A stretch of 60,210 nt of DNA, counting the filler, from Sphacelaria rigidula (lineage: Eukaryota): NCBI GenBank assembly GCA_964200075.2. It is 6 parts of 6 records of this genome, joined end to end, with 100 filler letters (N's around TTAATTAATTAA, not from the genome) between each part and the next. Parts side by side here need not be neighbours in the genome. Positions count along the whole stretch, not along the records: positions 20,108 to 30,059 come from CAXNAA020007429.1; positions 30,160 to 40,110 come from CAXNAA020007430.1; 4 more parts are not named here. One strand, given 5' to 3'. Shown in pieces: positions 24,732-37,553 of this stretch; within the stretch, counting starts at the first letter, position 1, and every line of letters starts with the position of its first letter. The notes beneath the pieces are model-generated. The model was not told the origin of the DNA, made no database searches, and was given only the letters and a program-made list of their open reading frames with translations. Position numbers and translations under genes: made by a program.

Positions 24732-26528
24732 TTATGTATGTGTGGAAAAACGTAGCCAGCTATCACGTCCCAAGAGAACATCAACCGACATGGAACCATC
24801 AGGCACGATGAGTGCCCACACAGCTAATCGTGCAGTGGGACCCATGTCATCGAAGAATTGTACACTGAGTCGTACTGATTGATCAACCGTAAGGGGAGTG
24901 GAGGCACCAAACCCGCCAAAAGGCGGAATAGCAGAAAGGCAATGTTTGTCTGCTGCTCCAGCGTTCATCATGTGTTGCCAGCAGCTGGCTGTAATGAAAG
25001 TTTGTGGCGAGCCAGTGTCGGGCAGGGCAACGGCCATCAAAGAGCGTGTTGCATGCACTCCACTATGTATACCTATTCGGGTTGTGAAGGAGGCGTCATC
25101 CATGAGTGCAGTTCCACTTACCAAGTCCGGTCCGTATTCCGACAAGTGATCTGCAGCCACATCGCTCTTGTGTTGTTGGGCAATGGTACTAAAATAGACT
25201 CGAGATTGATCCTCTGGAACGAATGTGTTTTCCGAAGAGCCGTCGTGGCACGGGGGGTTTTGCAGGGCATGTGGTGCAGTAGACGAAAGTTGGATTTCGT
25301 ACACAGTCAGGGATGGACGACGCCTAGGAAAGGAAGTGGATGTGGATGTTTGCAATAGTTGTTTGAAGCTATGAGAAACAGGGGAGAAACAGTCCTGATC
25401 GGACTGCAATTTGGACGGCACAGCCGGCGTTTGTCCGGCACCATGAGACATACATGCAGGACGTAGCGGTTTTACTGTCCCAACAGTTGTCAACGCTACT
25501 TTATTCTTCAACATAGACTCCGAGGGGTCGGCAGGAAGCGATGCTGATCTGTTCGGGATCTGGGAAACACCGACCTGTTCTACGACAAGGCCTTCATCCA
25601 CTGTGCCCGGCACCCGGGAACCTTCTTGGTGGGCGGATGCAGCGGCAACTACAGGTTTATTTACAGTGCCATCCGAAAGAGCCTTCTCCTGGTCTCGCGT
25701 ATAGCGCACTCTAGAGCCGGCTGTTCCAGAGGCTGTTGGGAAGTTGGCAAGGTCAGTCCGTTCGTGTCTACACACGTGGCGCTTGGTCGGCACTGTCGCT
25801 TGGGGTTCTTTCCCAACCCGCTGAGCTACAGAAAGCAAGGGTTCGGCACTGGCGCGCGTAGTGCACGAAAAATTACGCTTACCAAATAAAAAGGTACCGG
25901 GCACACGCGGAATTTCGCACGCATGTGTTACCGGGTTCGACTGGACTCCTGAGTCTTTCGCGGGGCTGGGGGGTCTCTGTAAACGTTTCATCCTACGATG
26001 AACGGTCGTAGGGGTAACAGCTACCGTATCAGAAGATGTTCCTGCTTCTAAGGCGGTAGGCGCTACGCTACATGACTGCCGATTCCGCGGGGCGATTGGG
26101 TCCAACTGGCATTGACTACTACCACTCGGAAACACAACTGGGTGATCAGATCCAGTATGAAAAAACTGGGGTTGGTCATTGCGCATTTGGGAGTCATGCA
26201 ATGTTGCACGGGACTGTGCTGTCATTGGACCCGTCATGACAGAGCGGTCAACGCTAGCGTATCCACACCACAAACGAGAACCCACGCTGGCCGACGACGG
26301 TTTTGTTAAGTGGTGATGGTGCACTGGCTGAGTGAAAGAAAATGTATTGCCGCGGTTTGTTGTTGAAGGTTGTTGGGGCCCGACTGTGGACCTGTGGTCG
26401 ACAATGGGGTTTGAAGTAGAAGTGTTATCAAAATGTAAAGAGGGTGACGGCGACGTGTTACAAGCGGTCACACACGCAGAGGTACCCCGTCGGTGATTTG
26501 GAAACGCGGGGTGTTGTGCGTTTCCCAA
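24732..26528 (-). CDS. Gypsy pol N-terminal region with aspartic protease
   Basis: 598-aa ORF containing ALPDTGSPQTFI and DVLLGRDSW retropepsin motifs after a long S/T/P-rich leader. Confidence 0.85.
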   Translation of the reverse strand: MGNAQHPAFPNHRRGTSACVTACNTSPSPSLHFDNTSTSNPIVDHRSTVGPQQPSTTNRGNTFSFTQPVHHHHLTKPSSASVGSRLWCGYASVDRSVMTGPMTAQSRATLHDSQMRNDQPQFFHTGSDHPVVFPSGSSQCQLDPIAPRNRQSCSVAPTALEAGTSSDTVAVTPTTVHRRMKRLQRPPSPAKDSGVQSNPVTHACEIPRVPGTFLFGKRNFSCTTRASAEPLLSVAQRVGKEPQATVPTKRHVCRHERTDLANFPTASGTAGSRVRYTRDQEKALSDGTVNKPVVAAASAHQEGSRVPGTVDEGLVVEQVGVSQIPNRSASLPADPSESMLKNKVALTTVGTVKPLRPACMSHGAGQTPAVPSKLQSDQDCFSPVSHSFKQLLQTSTSTSFPRRRPSLTVYEIQLSSTAPHALQNPPCHDGSSENTFVPEDQSRVYFSTIAQQHKSDVAADHLSEYGPDLVSGTALMDDASFTTRIGIHSGVHATRSLMAVALPDTGSPQTFITASCWQHMMNAGAADKHCLSAIPPFGGFGASTPLTVDQSVRLSVQFFDDMGPTARLAVWALIVPDGSMSVDVLLGRDSWLRFSTHT

Positions 26529-26625
26529 ACACCGTCAGGTGGTACGTTTGGCATCGATAGAGTCGTGGGTCCCATTCTGGCGGGCTGTGTTCGGGGCAGT
26601 AGATGTGTTTGTGGAGGGGCTAGGA

Positions 26626-29600
26626 TTACTTGGGTGTTGAGCCTGGTTTGGCGGTTGAAAAGCGCCAGAATGGGCGAGGGGGTACGTGAGAGGGGGCCGC
26701 GTTAGCGGGCTGAGCGTGATAATAGGAATGTTGGTATTGAGGGGGGGCGCGAGTGTCACCATTATAGTGGCGATTGCCGCGCCGGGGGCGTTGGTATGAA
26801 TTGCGGGCGCCGCTGGGTTGAGGGCGACGGTAAGACCGCATACGTGCTTGCCAAGTTGGCCAAAAGTGCGCAAACTGGGGCTCGAAGAACATGGGGTTGA
26901 GTACGCCAAATGCGTTTGTGAACGGGGCTTCGCATTGGCGCATCGAGTGCGTTGGAACTTGACCATTTGCGGAGTACCCCGTCTGAGGATTGAACCAAGT
27001 ACCACAGTTCAGGCAGTGATCTTCGCAGCGGCGAATTACATCTGATCGAAGATTAGGGTCTCCGTTACTGGCCCAGAGGGGGGGGTCTGTTGTGTTCATC
27101 GAAGTGCTTACCTAAAATACTTCCGGCCAAATTTCCGTCGCGAAGGGCCAGCTTGGAAAACGACTGTTGAATGCGTCTGGGGTGTGTGCTAACAGGAACT
27201 CCCCAGTAGAGGCCATAGACGCAGGATTCCAGGGGCGTTGGTTTGTTTTAGAAGGTGGTGGTTGGGAGTGAGACGCAGGGGGGGCGGAAAACGGGTGAGG
27301 CAAAAGGGTGGCGGAAGCATCGTGGCTGTGCCGTACAGAGGGGCTGTTGTGAATTGCGGAGGAGCCACTCTGTTTTGCATCCGTCACATCTAATGCCGGA
27401 GTGCGTTTGGACCGGAGTTCATCTAATTTCGTCCACATAGCGTCCAAGGTTTGAAGCGGGACCGATGAAGTAGCTGCGGTACCGACAAAGACGGTTGGCA
27501 TGAGGCTAGGGTATTGGCGTCCCATATTGGAACGGAAAAGACTCATCACCATTTCTTGTGATGGGACAGATTCGCTGCCACCGTTTACCGTAACTGAAAT
27601 TATAGTGCGAAATTCTTGAGGTAGTGGTCGAAGAAGGTGTCGACGGGTACCTTAAACGATAGCAGGCGTTCGAGTGACTCGCCTTCGTGGGTGGTGTCCA
27701 GGGATGAAGTGATGAGTCTGAGAAGGGGGGTGAAAGCAGCGTAACCGCCATTACCGAGGGTGAGGGAGCGTGCGGCTTGTGCGAAGTGGTGATCGAGCAT
27801 ATTGGACAATTTAGATGCCTCGGGAGAGCTGAAATCGATGGCATCCTCCAAAGTCTTTTGTAAAGGTCGAAGCCAGCCATTTACCCAATCACTGGCCTCA
27901 AGGTCAACGAATGTATCGTCGCAGTGTGAGAGGATATCAGTAACTACAGTAGTGAGGGGTTGTCGTAACTGGCTGCAGGAAAGGCTCACAACAGATCCCG
28001 CAGGAAAGGGTAGTGAAGGCTTGACTTTGCCTACAAATTTCGGGTCCAAGTTCTTGTACTGGTGGCGTACAACCTGAATCTGTGCCTGTCGGTCCGTAGA
28101 AGAGAGGGAAGGGTCACTAGTTTGAGGGGTGGGAGCCGAAGGAGCAAACTGTACGCGGCGGGTAGCAGGTTTGGTGTCTTCCTTCGCTTGCTTGACTTTG
28201 ATCTGAGAGTGACGCTGTTTGGCGAGAGTGGATGATAGCGGAAGGAAATCGCTCAAAGTGGGGGGCGCCGGACGTGAAGCGGCCGTACCCGTATCATTAT
28301 GAGACCCGTCAGTGCTGTCCGACTCACTATTGAATGAAGGGCGAGGATGACGGCGAGATCGTGACTGCTGCGAAATGTGAGATTTACCACTATCCTTGAG
28401 ACGGTTTTTCCCTTTCCCTTGAACAATCCAACTGCCGCCACTTTCCGTTGAATTGTGCCCTACGTGACCTGTCTGAATGATTAGTGGTAGTAGGGGATGA
28501 ACGGTTCGTACCATCAGCAGGGCCGTGTACTGTCATGCGTACCTGCTCTATTTCCGTGAATAGCCCGATGAGGGGCCCGACGACTCATGCCGCAGCGCGA
28601 GGCTAATTTCGGAACGAGGGTTGGAACGTATGCTTTGAACGACGCCTGCTAACGTTACGGTCTCGGTGTGTTTCGGAAACCAATTGAGGATCTTGATCGA
28701 ACTGTCAGTAACGGGAACAGTGAGGCGCTGTGCCTGACACGCGTAGGTAAGGAGGGTGTCAGGGTCGTGGACAAAATCGTAGAGGGGAACAGCTGCCAAA
28801 GTTTCTACACCAGAAAGATTACGACCGTCGGCACGAGTAGCCTTAGGAACCAGCGTTGAGTGAGTGGGTTTAGTGGAGAGTGATTTGTCCGTTGTGGAGA
28901 CAAATGTAGGGGGCGTTTTGCAGCGGTGAACTTGGGGGGGCGCACCAAACGTGGTTGAAACGCCGGGTGCGATCGTCTCAAGTGGCATGGGAGGTAGTCC
29001 CGTGGCTAGAGGGGCGACATTCGGAGTGGCATTGGAAAGTGCGGATGAGCCAGTGGATGAGTGATCAGAATCGGATTCAATGTCGATGGGATCGCGGGTG
29101 AGCGGACGTAACTGTTTCATCTGCTCGTCCAGTGAAGATTGAGTGACGGAAATGCGATAGGTGGATTGTTCCGCTGTCGTATTGTGTTGTTGTAAAGCTT
29201 GTTCATATTGGGCTTTAGCCGCCTGCAAAGGCTTGGCGGTTTGCCGGAGGAGGCGGGCTTCTTTGTTCTGCCCCTCCGCCAAGGCTTTGCGTTTGGCTTC
29301 GACCTCACGACGGACGCGCTGGATTTCTTGAGCGTGCTCGGAAGCTTCACGATTCTTACGTTCTACTTGCGCTTGCACGGTCTGGGCCAACAACTCATCC
29401 CAGTACGCGGCTTGTTCCTCGCGGGAACATTTGTCCCACGCATGGGCTGGAATAGCAGCGGGACGGCTATGTTTAAACTGGGTCTTAGCTTTGTCGCGTG
29501 CTTTCTTTGGTAGGCGCGAAGACGGGTTTTTTCCCGACTCACGACCACTCGTCGAGGCTACGATATCAGAAGCGTAGGGCTCAGCAGAGGAATGATCACG

Positions 29601-29915
29601 AACCGAATGGTCACCACTAGCAGTGGGGTCGACGTGCTTAGTGTCACTGGTGAGAGTTTGAGCGGTGGCGGCATACAGTGGGAAATCAAGTCCCGGCTGT
29701 ACGTCGGGCACCTTAGAGAGGGGAATTCCTCCCGACTGAGATTGGGCATCATCATCATCCTCTACACTTTCAATGACTGGATCATGCAAGACTGTGTCCG
29801 ACGCACGCAGTGGTTCACCGGATTCGGAAGAGGATGTGCCTTCTTCATCGACACGTAGCTCTAGCGAAGCCGGGGAATTAGACATTGCTTTTGTATCTGC
29901 GCGGGTGCGCGTCAC
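26626..29915 (-). pseudogene. Long gag-like region of the Gypsy element, broken by frameshifts
   Basis: Consecutive ORFs 28548-29915 (coiled-coil-like, EQAAYWDELLAQ..), 27600-28514, 27112-27552 and 26626-27099 (CLNC..H....C knuckle-like); bridging open frames are visible at the junctions near 28530 and 27580. Confidence 0.7.
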
Positions 29916-29993
29916 AGTCAGTGTAGAAAGAAGGAGGGTAATGAATGACCGGGGTGTTGCATTGGAAATGGAAGAGGAAAATCATCTACTGTA

Positions 29994-30059
29994 AACAACA
30001 AATTGTGCGAATTGAGGTTTAACTCCGAGATGAGGTTCAAGCCTAAAGCAGTGATTTCC
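29994..30059 (+). repeat. Terminus of unclassified high-copy repeat (copy 2)
   Basis: AACAACAAATTGTGCGAATTGAGGTTTAACTCCGAGATGAGGTTCAAGCCTAAAGCAGTGATTTCC; matches 1-73 (reverse complement) and 60159-60210. Confidence 0.85.
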
Positions 30060-30159
30060 NNNNNNNNNNNNNNNNNNNNNNNNNNNNNNNNNNNNNNNNN
30101 NNNTTAATTAATTAANNNNNNNNNNNNNNNNNNNNNNNNNNNNNNNNNNNNNNNNNNNN
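30060..30159. other. Artificial contig linker
   Basis: Same cassette. Confidence 0.97.
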
Positions 30160-31404
30160 GGATTTACATAACGCCTCACCCCTGACTGCGGTACTACCCA
30201 GTCCCGCAATCAGCCCTCCGGGCGCGTAAGTCGTTTCGAATCGACGGCCCATCATCGTACTACCCTTATCCACCACGCCACGCCGCGATCCGTAACATGT
30301 GAACACACTGTTTAAACAAAGAAGTCCAAACATTTGGCCCAACCGCCGTTCGAAGTTTTTCGTCACCGTTAAGGACCGCCATCCAATTTCCGATTGCCGT
30401 TGTTCCCCTCTTGGAAAGTTGTTCAGAAATCGATTTTGCGGCGAATTCGCCGGCAACGGTGACATTGCATTCGCAGAAACCGTTTGTATCGTCCTGAAAG
30501 ATATGAAAGAGCACGTCACCAAGGCCTTCGGTGCTGGAGGGTTTCTGAACAGGCTAAACTGCGTCTCGTAGCCGATCCAAACTCGAGCTTTCTGCCGCTG
30601 TCACCATTTTCCCTTTCAGAAGCTTGAGCTGGCTCTTCTCAAAGACTGCTCTAGCCACACCTCCCACATCACGAAAAGCATCCTGCACGTCGGAACATCG
30701 TGCACGAGGAAAAATAGCTCGCTGACATTCCAACAGCTCACCCAGGCTCCACACTCCCATCAAAAACCGAATGGACTTGACCTGTTTCATAAACTCGTTG
30801 ACCCTGATCGCCCTGGGCGACACCAACACAACCGTTGTACCCCTGAACATTCCTGCGACCGGTCCTTCGGATCACTCAAATACCAAGCCATTGGATCTTC
30901 TGTCAAACACCCCGCCGTCTTGGAACTAGAAAACTCTCCCTCCGCCACTCCTTCATCACTAAAACGGTACCAGAAGCCCTTCCGTTCGAACACAACAGTT
31001 CTCCCTTGGCACCGAAGCAGGTACAGCAGATACAAGCCGAACACTGATTTCCCGATTCCGGGTGTGCCTGTCACTACAATATTCCGCAAAGCACCACTGC
31101 TGGCACCGTTCGCGATCAAGGGCATAAGGCCGATAAAAAAGTCATTGGGGACCATCGCTGAAAGTGTGAAAGAAGCACTGTTTTGGGCTTGAATCTCATT
31201 TTGGTGTATAACCTCATGAAAATATCTGTCTGTCATCACCTTTTGACACTGGCGACACCATGAAATGCTTCTATATACCCCCCGTGTACTCGTAGGAAGT
31301 GCGCGATTCAAATACCTACCTGCTCCGGTCAAAGCGCCGAAAATATCCCTTGAACTCAACCCTTTTTTGCCACCTCGCCTTTCTCATGGATCATAGATGG
31401 ACAC
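30160..31404 (-). pseudogene. Crinkler (CRN)/RHS-family CR-NTPase-like pseudogene
   Basis: IVVTGTPGIGKSVFGLYLLYLL..TVVFER (Walker A), then WYLSD, TVVLVSP, FLMGVWSLGELLEC, VQDAFRDVGGVARAVF, LFHI and LFKQCVH. Frameshift near 30850, in-frame TAG at 30554-30556, second frameshift near 30295; possible TTTTCAG| acceptor at 31405; truncated by contig end. Confidence 0.75.
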
Positions 31405-34400
31405 CTGAAAATACGGCATCTTGCTCGAATTGAAGACGTCATATGACGCAAGTTAGTTGAGAGGGTGCCATCAAGAGCAAGTGGGTGATATGGAAGTACA
31501 CTAAAAACAAGATGATCACAGATGGACATTCAACGTGCTACTCTACTTGAATGGGCCAGATAGACAAACCGGCGGCGAAGGCCAAATAAAGCAAAAGGTT
31601 TATAACGTACGCCCAGCACTACATTTGCCCAGTACGGGCTTGCGTGCGAGTGCTTCATGACAAGAGTGCTGTGCAACTTAGACGGAAGGAAAGCAATAGC
31701 GGGCCACAGTACTATACTGTACTGCACTGTATGCAGTTATCCACGTCCTGTACATAGACAGTTGTGCGGGATTCCAAACATTGGACCATCACAACATGAT
31801 GTGCACTTCTTCGCGAGACTGTCAGCCGAAAACGTTGTACCGAAACGAGACCCGGCGCTCAAAGGTTTAAGCCGGCAACGACAAAGTCGCAACGTTAGTG
31901 GGGGACCAGAAAATTGGAGGATGACTGGCACGCAACATTCAGTGTTCACGGAAAAATCTTCTGCGGAGACTATTGACTTGGCAATCCAACGCACGAAAGG
32001 GACATGTGACAGGAGGTGCACTACAATAGTATCTCGCATAACCGGCGAAAAAGTTTACCTCCAACGTTTTCCTGTCAAAGACGCACGAAGAGGCTCAACG
32101 AGTGACGTGGAATCCACCCAAAATGAAGGGGTATCAATCAATCTAATTATCACAAGTGTCCATGACTCATCACCTCATCACCTCATCACCACTCTACACA
32201 TGTACCGGTATGTTTACCCAATACAAGATCAAAAGTTTTGATCTGCTTCAAAAGCGGTGTTTTCGTAAGGAGCTTGGCCGGGCGAAACGCGGCACCGTGG
32301 ATGACGATTTCTAGTTCATCAACAATTTTCCTCAACAGCCGACCCCTTCTCAGAGAATATTGGTCAATCAGGAAACTGTAGGCACCGTCTAGCTAGCAAG
32401 AGACAAGAACCCACGCCGTTACTTTCTCCCTCGGAACAGTCAAGTGCCGGGCTCAACCTGCGCATGAGCTACGCATTAATTAATTAGTACGAACGACTGT
32501 AGTTCTTTATCTCCTTCAGAATCGCCGATGTGGAGACAAGATCTTTGCTGAAGGGGGGAGGCCGTCGCCAGCTCTTCCGAATTATTTCCTGAAATCTCGT
32601 GTAGTACAGGAGGAGCTGAGTCAACACCTGTTGTGAAAAGGCAACGTCCGAGGGGGGGCATTTGCGAAGTGTCATGGACGGTGCGGGTTCCAGGGCCCAC
32701 ATTATATCAACGCATTCGATCCGTTCATGAATTCGTGTGTCCATCAGCAGAGCAAATTGCGTGGGCTTTCATTCCTCAGTGCCGTCGAACCTTGGCGTCG
32801 CTACTGCATTCGGTGTTTTCTGGTAGACGATAGCGGGGTATTTTCAACCAGCGTTTGAACATGGAGAAGAGGGTACGGATTGCCCCACTACACAACTGCG
32901 CACAGTGGAATGTATAGGTACCACGGTTCCCATATATGCGGTAGCATAGCCAGGCAACCGTCAATATTTGATCAAGCTTTTTGCAGACGGTTAATTTGCC
33001 ATCATCGCGGCCGACGAAAGTGTAGTGTCAAAGCCACGTTCGTCACGAATTTACAGGGGCCATGCATTGGAATCAACACGAGCTCGGCATTCGAAATATT
33101 GGCTCAATACGCAACGGAAACTACAAACCCCGAAACAGTGGGGTGCCCTACATGAATAATTTGTATTCCAAAAGTCGCGGTATACTCATAGGCTGGCTCA
33201 GGGTGAATGAGCAGAATTTACTCCCCAGCGATTGCTCACGCCATTTTGTTTTAGTTAGACCCTGAAATATTGCATTCGGGTACTCTGAAATATGTAGAAG
33301 GGCTTTATGAATGGGCCTGACCCCCCCCTCCTGGGACCCCGGATATCTGGCAGAATATCTCAGAGCACCCGTGTGTGAAATTTCACGGTCTGACTCCGAA
33401 AAATGGCGTGATCAATCGGCCGCTTGTGCATTAGAGTACACAGATGTACGCGCAACCCCCCTAATTACTTCATAACAAAATGCCATCAATGTTTTCCTTG
33501 TGCGCTGGAGCTCAGGTCGACTGTTTGGGACCAGATTTTCGAGTCACGCAACGAAACTTTGTACAAACCTTTCATGGACTAGGTCGGGACGAGTCGATTT
33601 GGAATTTTCATCTTCGAGATAATTTGTACCAGCTTTTGGGGATCTTTACGCTGGGACCCCTAGAAGCGGGTAGAGAGCGGACAAACTTTAAGATATTATT
33701 TAACGATTTTTCTTTCCATTAGTAGCACCCAAATCTACCAATTTGCCGAGTTTGAGGATGATCGAAGCCTTCCGACGAAAATTACAAGGGAAGACGCCGA
33801 GAGGCTTTCCGGGTCTCCGATGCACACTATCCATCAGTGGAATTCCGACGACGCCAAACCCCACATCACCGAATACCACGTTTTTGGGGTATAACTCGAT
33901 CCCACACAAACCGTTTTCAAACAAACAAACATGTCCCATGCCTTAGATATCCTAGCTGATGGCGGTTCCTAAGGTTTGATTCGTAATGAGATTGGGTGCA
34001 AATTGAGTCGGGAATTCGCATTTTTTCATTTAGAACAGTTCGAAGGCCCCTGACAGATCGAAACACATGTTCGCGTCTAGCAATATATGAAAAACTCGAA
34101 ATGCCACGCCCTGCTCGAGGCGGTCACTACGATCCCAAATTTATGTGAATTGGACCACTATTGCGTTCTGTATCTAGTACGGAATGAATTTTGGGCTTTC
34201 ACCCTGAACTAGCCTCAACACAGGAAGGAGGACACCATACTGTCATACGAGCGGGTCCAGCCTAGACGCGAATTTGTCGATTGCATGCCCCGCCTCACCC
34301 GGATTCCGAGAGTTGACTTGAAAATTTGGTACGGAGAATGAATAGGCCATAATATATATATATGGACATTCGGTCTTTTTAATTGAGTTGACGGCATTTT

Positions 34401-34718
34401 GCTGAAAACTGAAAACTGATTATCGCCTCCAACTCATTTCCATCACTCTGCCCTATTCATCCTCCGTAATATACTTCAAAGTCCAACTGTCAAAATTGAG
34501 GAGAAGCGGGGCGATTTAGAAACCGGGCCGGTCGAAACTCGGGGCAGTTTCTTGCACGCAACTTATCGGCCCAGGTGTTGTACGTGCGTGTTGAAATTTC
34601 GTGTGGGACCTCGCGAGTGCATAATGAACCAAAAAAAGTGGGACAGTTATTTTCTTCACTAGTTTTAGAACGTTTTAGTGAATGACTATTTTCTCACGAG
34701 AACGTCTTTAGCTCTTGA

Positions 34719-36235
34719 CCCTTTTGGAACCCCCCCCTCCTGTCCCTTGGCCAAACGCATTATTATGAGAAGCCCTGACGAAGAGGAAATCATGGAAACA
34801 GAATAGGCCGACAGCAATCATTTTTATAATGGAAGACTGAAGAAAAATGTCCTCACTGGAAAATTTGGGTAAGGCTCGATCAATCATACCACGCAACGGA
34901 TGAAGTGTGTCCAATTATATCCATCGACAGTAATCAGCAAAACCACTATGACACTTTCCATTAAAAAAACAGCAGAGGGGCCCAGGGTCCAGGCACGTCG
35001 GCATATTAGCATTTGTAGATAAGGGAAGCACCGCTTTGACGGACTGCAGCATCGGGTGGCGAGTTTGCCTAGCCACACCGTACATACAGCATAGTATGGC
35101 TGAACGCAGCAAAATCCCGTCACCACATGTGGAAAGCACCGTGGGTCGTGCGGGCGGTACATGGCGGGCGTAATCGCAGGCGTCCGCACAGGCGATATAC
35201 ATGCACACGGGAGGGAGCCAACGGGCACCGCCTACCGTGATCAGGCCAGAAAAAAAACAGTATAGCCAGTAAGTACAGTAGGTTACAGTATTGACTTGCG
35301 CTTACACTCCGTGCAAGATAAATATGGACATGTCGTGAAAAGTCGGCCACGAGAGTAGACGGCACGAGACAAGAGCGGTAGCCGGCGTCATGAATCTCAT
35401 GCAGCATGAAGTATGTCTATGCAACGGTCGGGAACGATCAACCCGCGGTATGGATGTGGTGGGGCAACTGTGCCTTTCGCTGCGCCGTTGTGTAATAGTC
35501 AGCCCGCAGTATGATGTTGTCGGCACGTACTTGGCAGAGCGCAGTTCTGTGCATGCCCCGCGTTCCACAGAGATATTTTCAAAATACAATACAGACATGA
35601 CACGAAGCAGTGAGGTATCACCCCTGGGGCGACGGCACTTGGCAGGCTCTACACCACAGTGACGGTGCATAACTTCAGGGCACATGGCGTCTGCGTCGAC
35701 TTTACCCATTTTTCAAAGGGTGGGATGGTGCTGTCGGAACGTGCATGAGCGCGATGTTGTGCATGACGTGAGTCTGCGGTCGAGATTACCCCAAACTGCT
35801 GTAAACACACCCAGTACTGTTGTACAGGGCAATGTCGCAGCATCCCCCGCGGCACGGAAAGATGACTGCCTGGGATTATATACCGCCAGTTCATACATTT
35901 AGCGAATGTGCCATCGGCGTTGCCCTTGTTGCTATGACACTGCAGATAGTATAAACTGCAGCGGGCAGGGCGTGCAGGTCAGGCGGGAAGCATGCTTCAC
36001 AGAGGCCTGCCGCGCACTGTGACCGGGGAAAGAGCTCATGAGTGTAGAAAAAAACGCCGACGGGTCGCAGCAAGAAAATAGGAAACCTTCTCTTCTTCCA
36101 CTTGTCACTCGTACGGGTCTGGAAAATACGCGTTTGGCCAAAATTGTTGCGTCTAAGCTGTGAACTATCAACCATTTCTTGCACAACAACCGTCAATTGC
36201 AAATGATCAATTTTCCATTGTGAGGTCCAAAAGGG
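34719..36235. mobile_element. Probable non-autonomous piggyBac-like element (~1.5 kb)
   Basis: TTGA|CCCTTTTGGAACC ... GGTCCAAAAGGG|TTAA, the same terminal motif as the MITE at 15849-16009; the left TTAA is imperfect and no transposase is seen. Confidence 0.5.
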
Positions 36236-37553
36236 TTAAGCTCAGGATTCGCGTGTCAACGTTCCTGTTCGCATCTTGGGCGGACCAGCTCGTATATGTA
36301 TATATCCACTGTATACCTGTAAAAAGGTGATTGATAAAGAAGTCGCCTGTGGAAATTTTTTACTTCCGTGGTACCGTAGTATCCAAACCTCCCCCCGCCC
36401 TCATGAGCCTCGTTTTTTTTCTTCTTCCCTTGAAGGAAGGGAGACACCTGACCCAACACCTACCCTGCAAGCGGATTTGTGTGCCGATTACTCGGAGGTT
36501 TGGCTAGACTTCCTCGAAGCGGTCATGTGGGATAGGCGCCTCGAGCGTTAGCAAGCTTTGCTCAAGGCGATGTGTGTGGGTCTGGCTCACTTAACCCCTT
36601 CGTCAACTTGGCGCAGTGCACGCGCCGCCCTACCCTCGAGGGCATCGGCCCTTTGTACCTTGTACCTTGTACGTGCTTTGATGGGACGAGGCATGTGGGG
36701 GGGCTATAAACTATATACCGTTTCGCCGGCCAGCTGTGATGATATTTTTGCACCTGTTCTTTTCACGTGCCTCTTCAGTAAATTGGGTCGTAAGCCAAAG
36801 CCAACACTTCCCGAAGTAAGATTCGTCCGTAATTTTGTGAAGTAGTCACTAAGGTGGGGGAAGCCATTTCTCCGATAAACCGTACACCCCTATAAATGTA
36901 TAGTATCGAAAAGGTACGAAACAAAAACTATTTGCATATCTATGGTCCTCGCTCCAAAAATCAATTTTCAGGGTTACCGCCGGTCTGAATCTTTTAGTTC
37001 ATGCGGGAAAAAAGGTTCGAGGGACAAGAACGTATGCTGTTATACCTGTGAATGAGGGCCTTAGCGATCGAAAATCCCTCGGCAACAAATAAAAAAACAA
37101 AAGCGGAGGGGTATTGAAGACGTATTGAAGACGTCATAGACTGGTCGAACCTGTGCCGAACCTGTGCCGAACAGAACACACGCTCCATCCCAACTTACCC
37201 AGGTTTAGTATGTGACAGCTGTAATTTTTCATCGCGTCTTTCTCGAGATAGGAAGCAAACCGGCCTGTGGCACTTCAAACACACCCCGCACACACACCCT
37301 ACACCTAGTCGGTGTAGCGGCGGATTTGCTCAACTCGTCACAGCGGATCTGAAAAGCTTCATAACGATGTAGGAAACGCGTTTTCAAGTACATTTTGGCG
37401 GTTTGATGCAGCGGCTTGCAAGTGCTGCGGCCTCTGGGGCATGCGTTACGGAAATCCGCCGCCGCACTGACTAGTTATGGTGTGTGGGAAGCGCACGCAT
37501 CAAACCGCAGTCCAATCCTCTGCTTCGTTGCCGACAAAACTGCGGTGCAAGAT

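Larger units (their letters stand above)
20108..29915 (-). mobile_element. Ty3/Gypsy LTR retrotransposon with chromodomain; internal region nearly complete, frameshifted, LTRs not in contig
   Basis: Order gag-like ORFs, protease, RT, RNase H, integrase, GPY/F and chromodomain, all on the minus strand. Confidence 0.95.
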
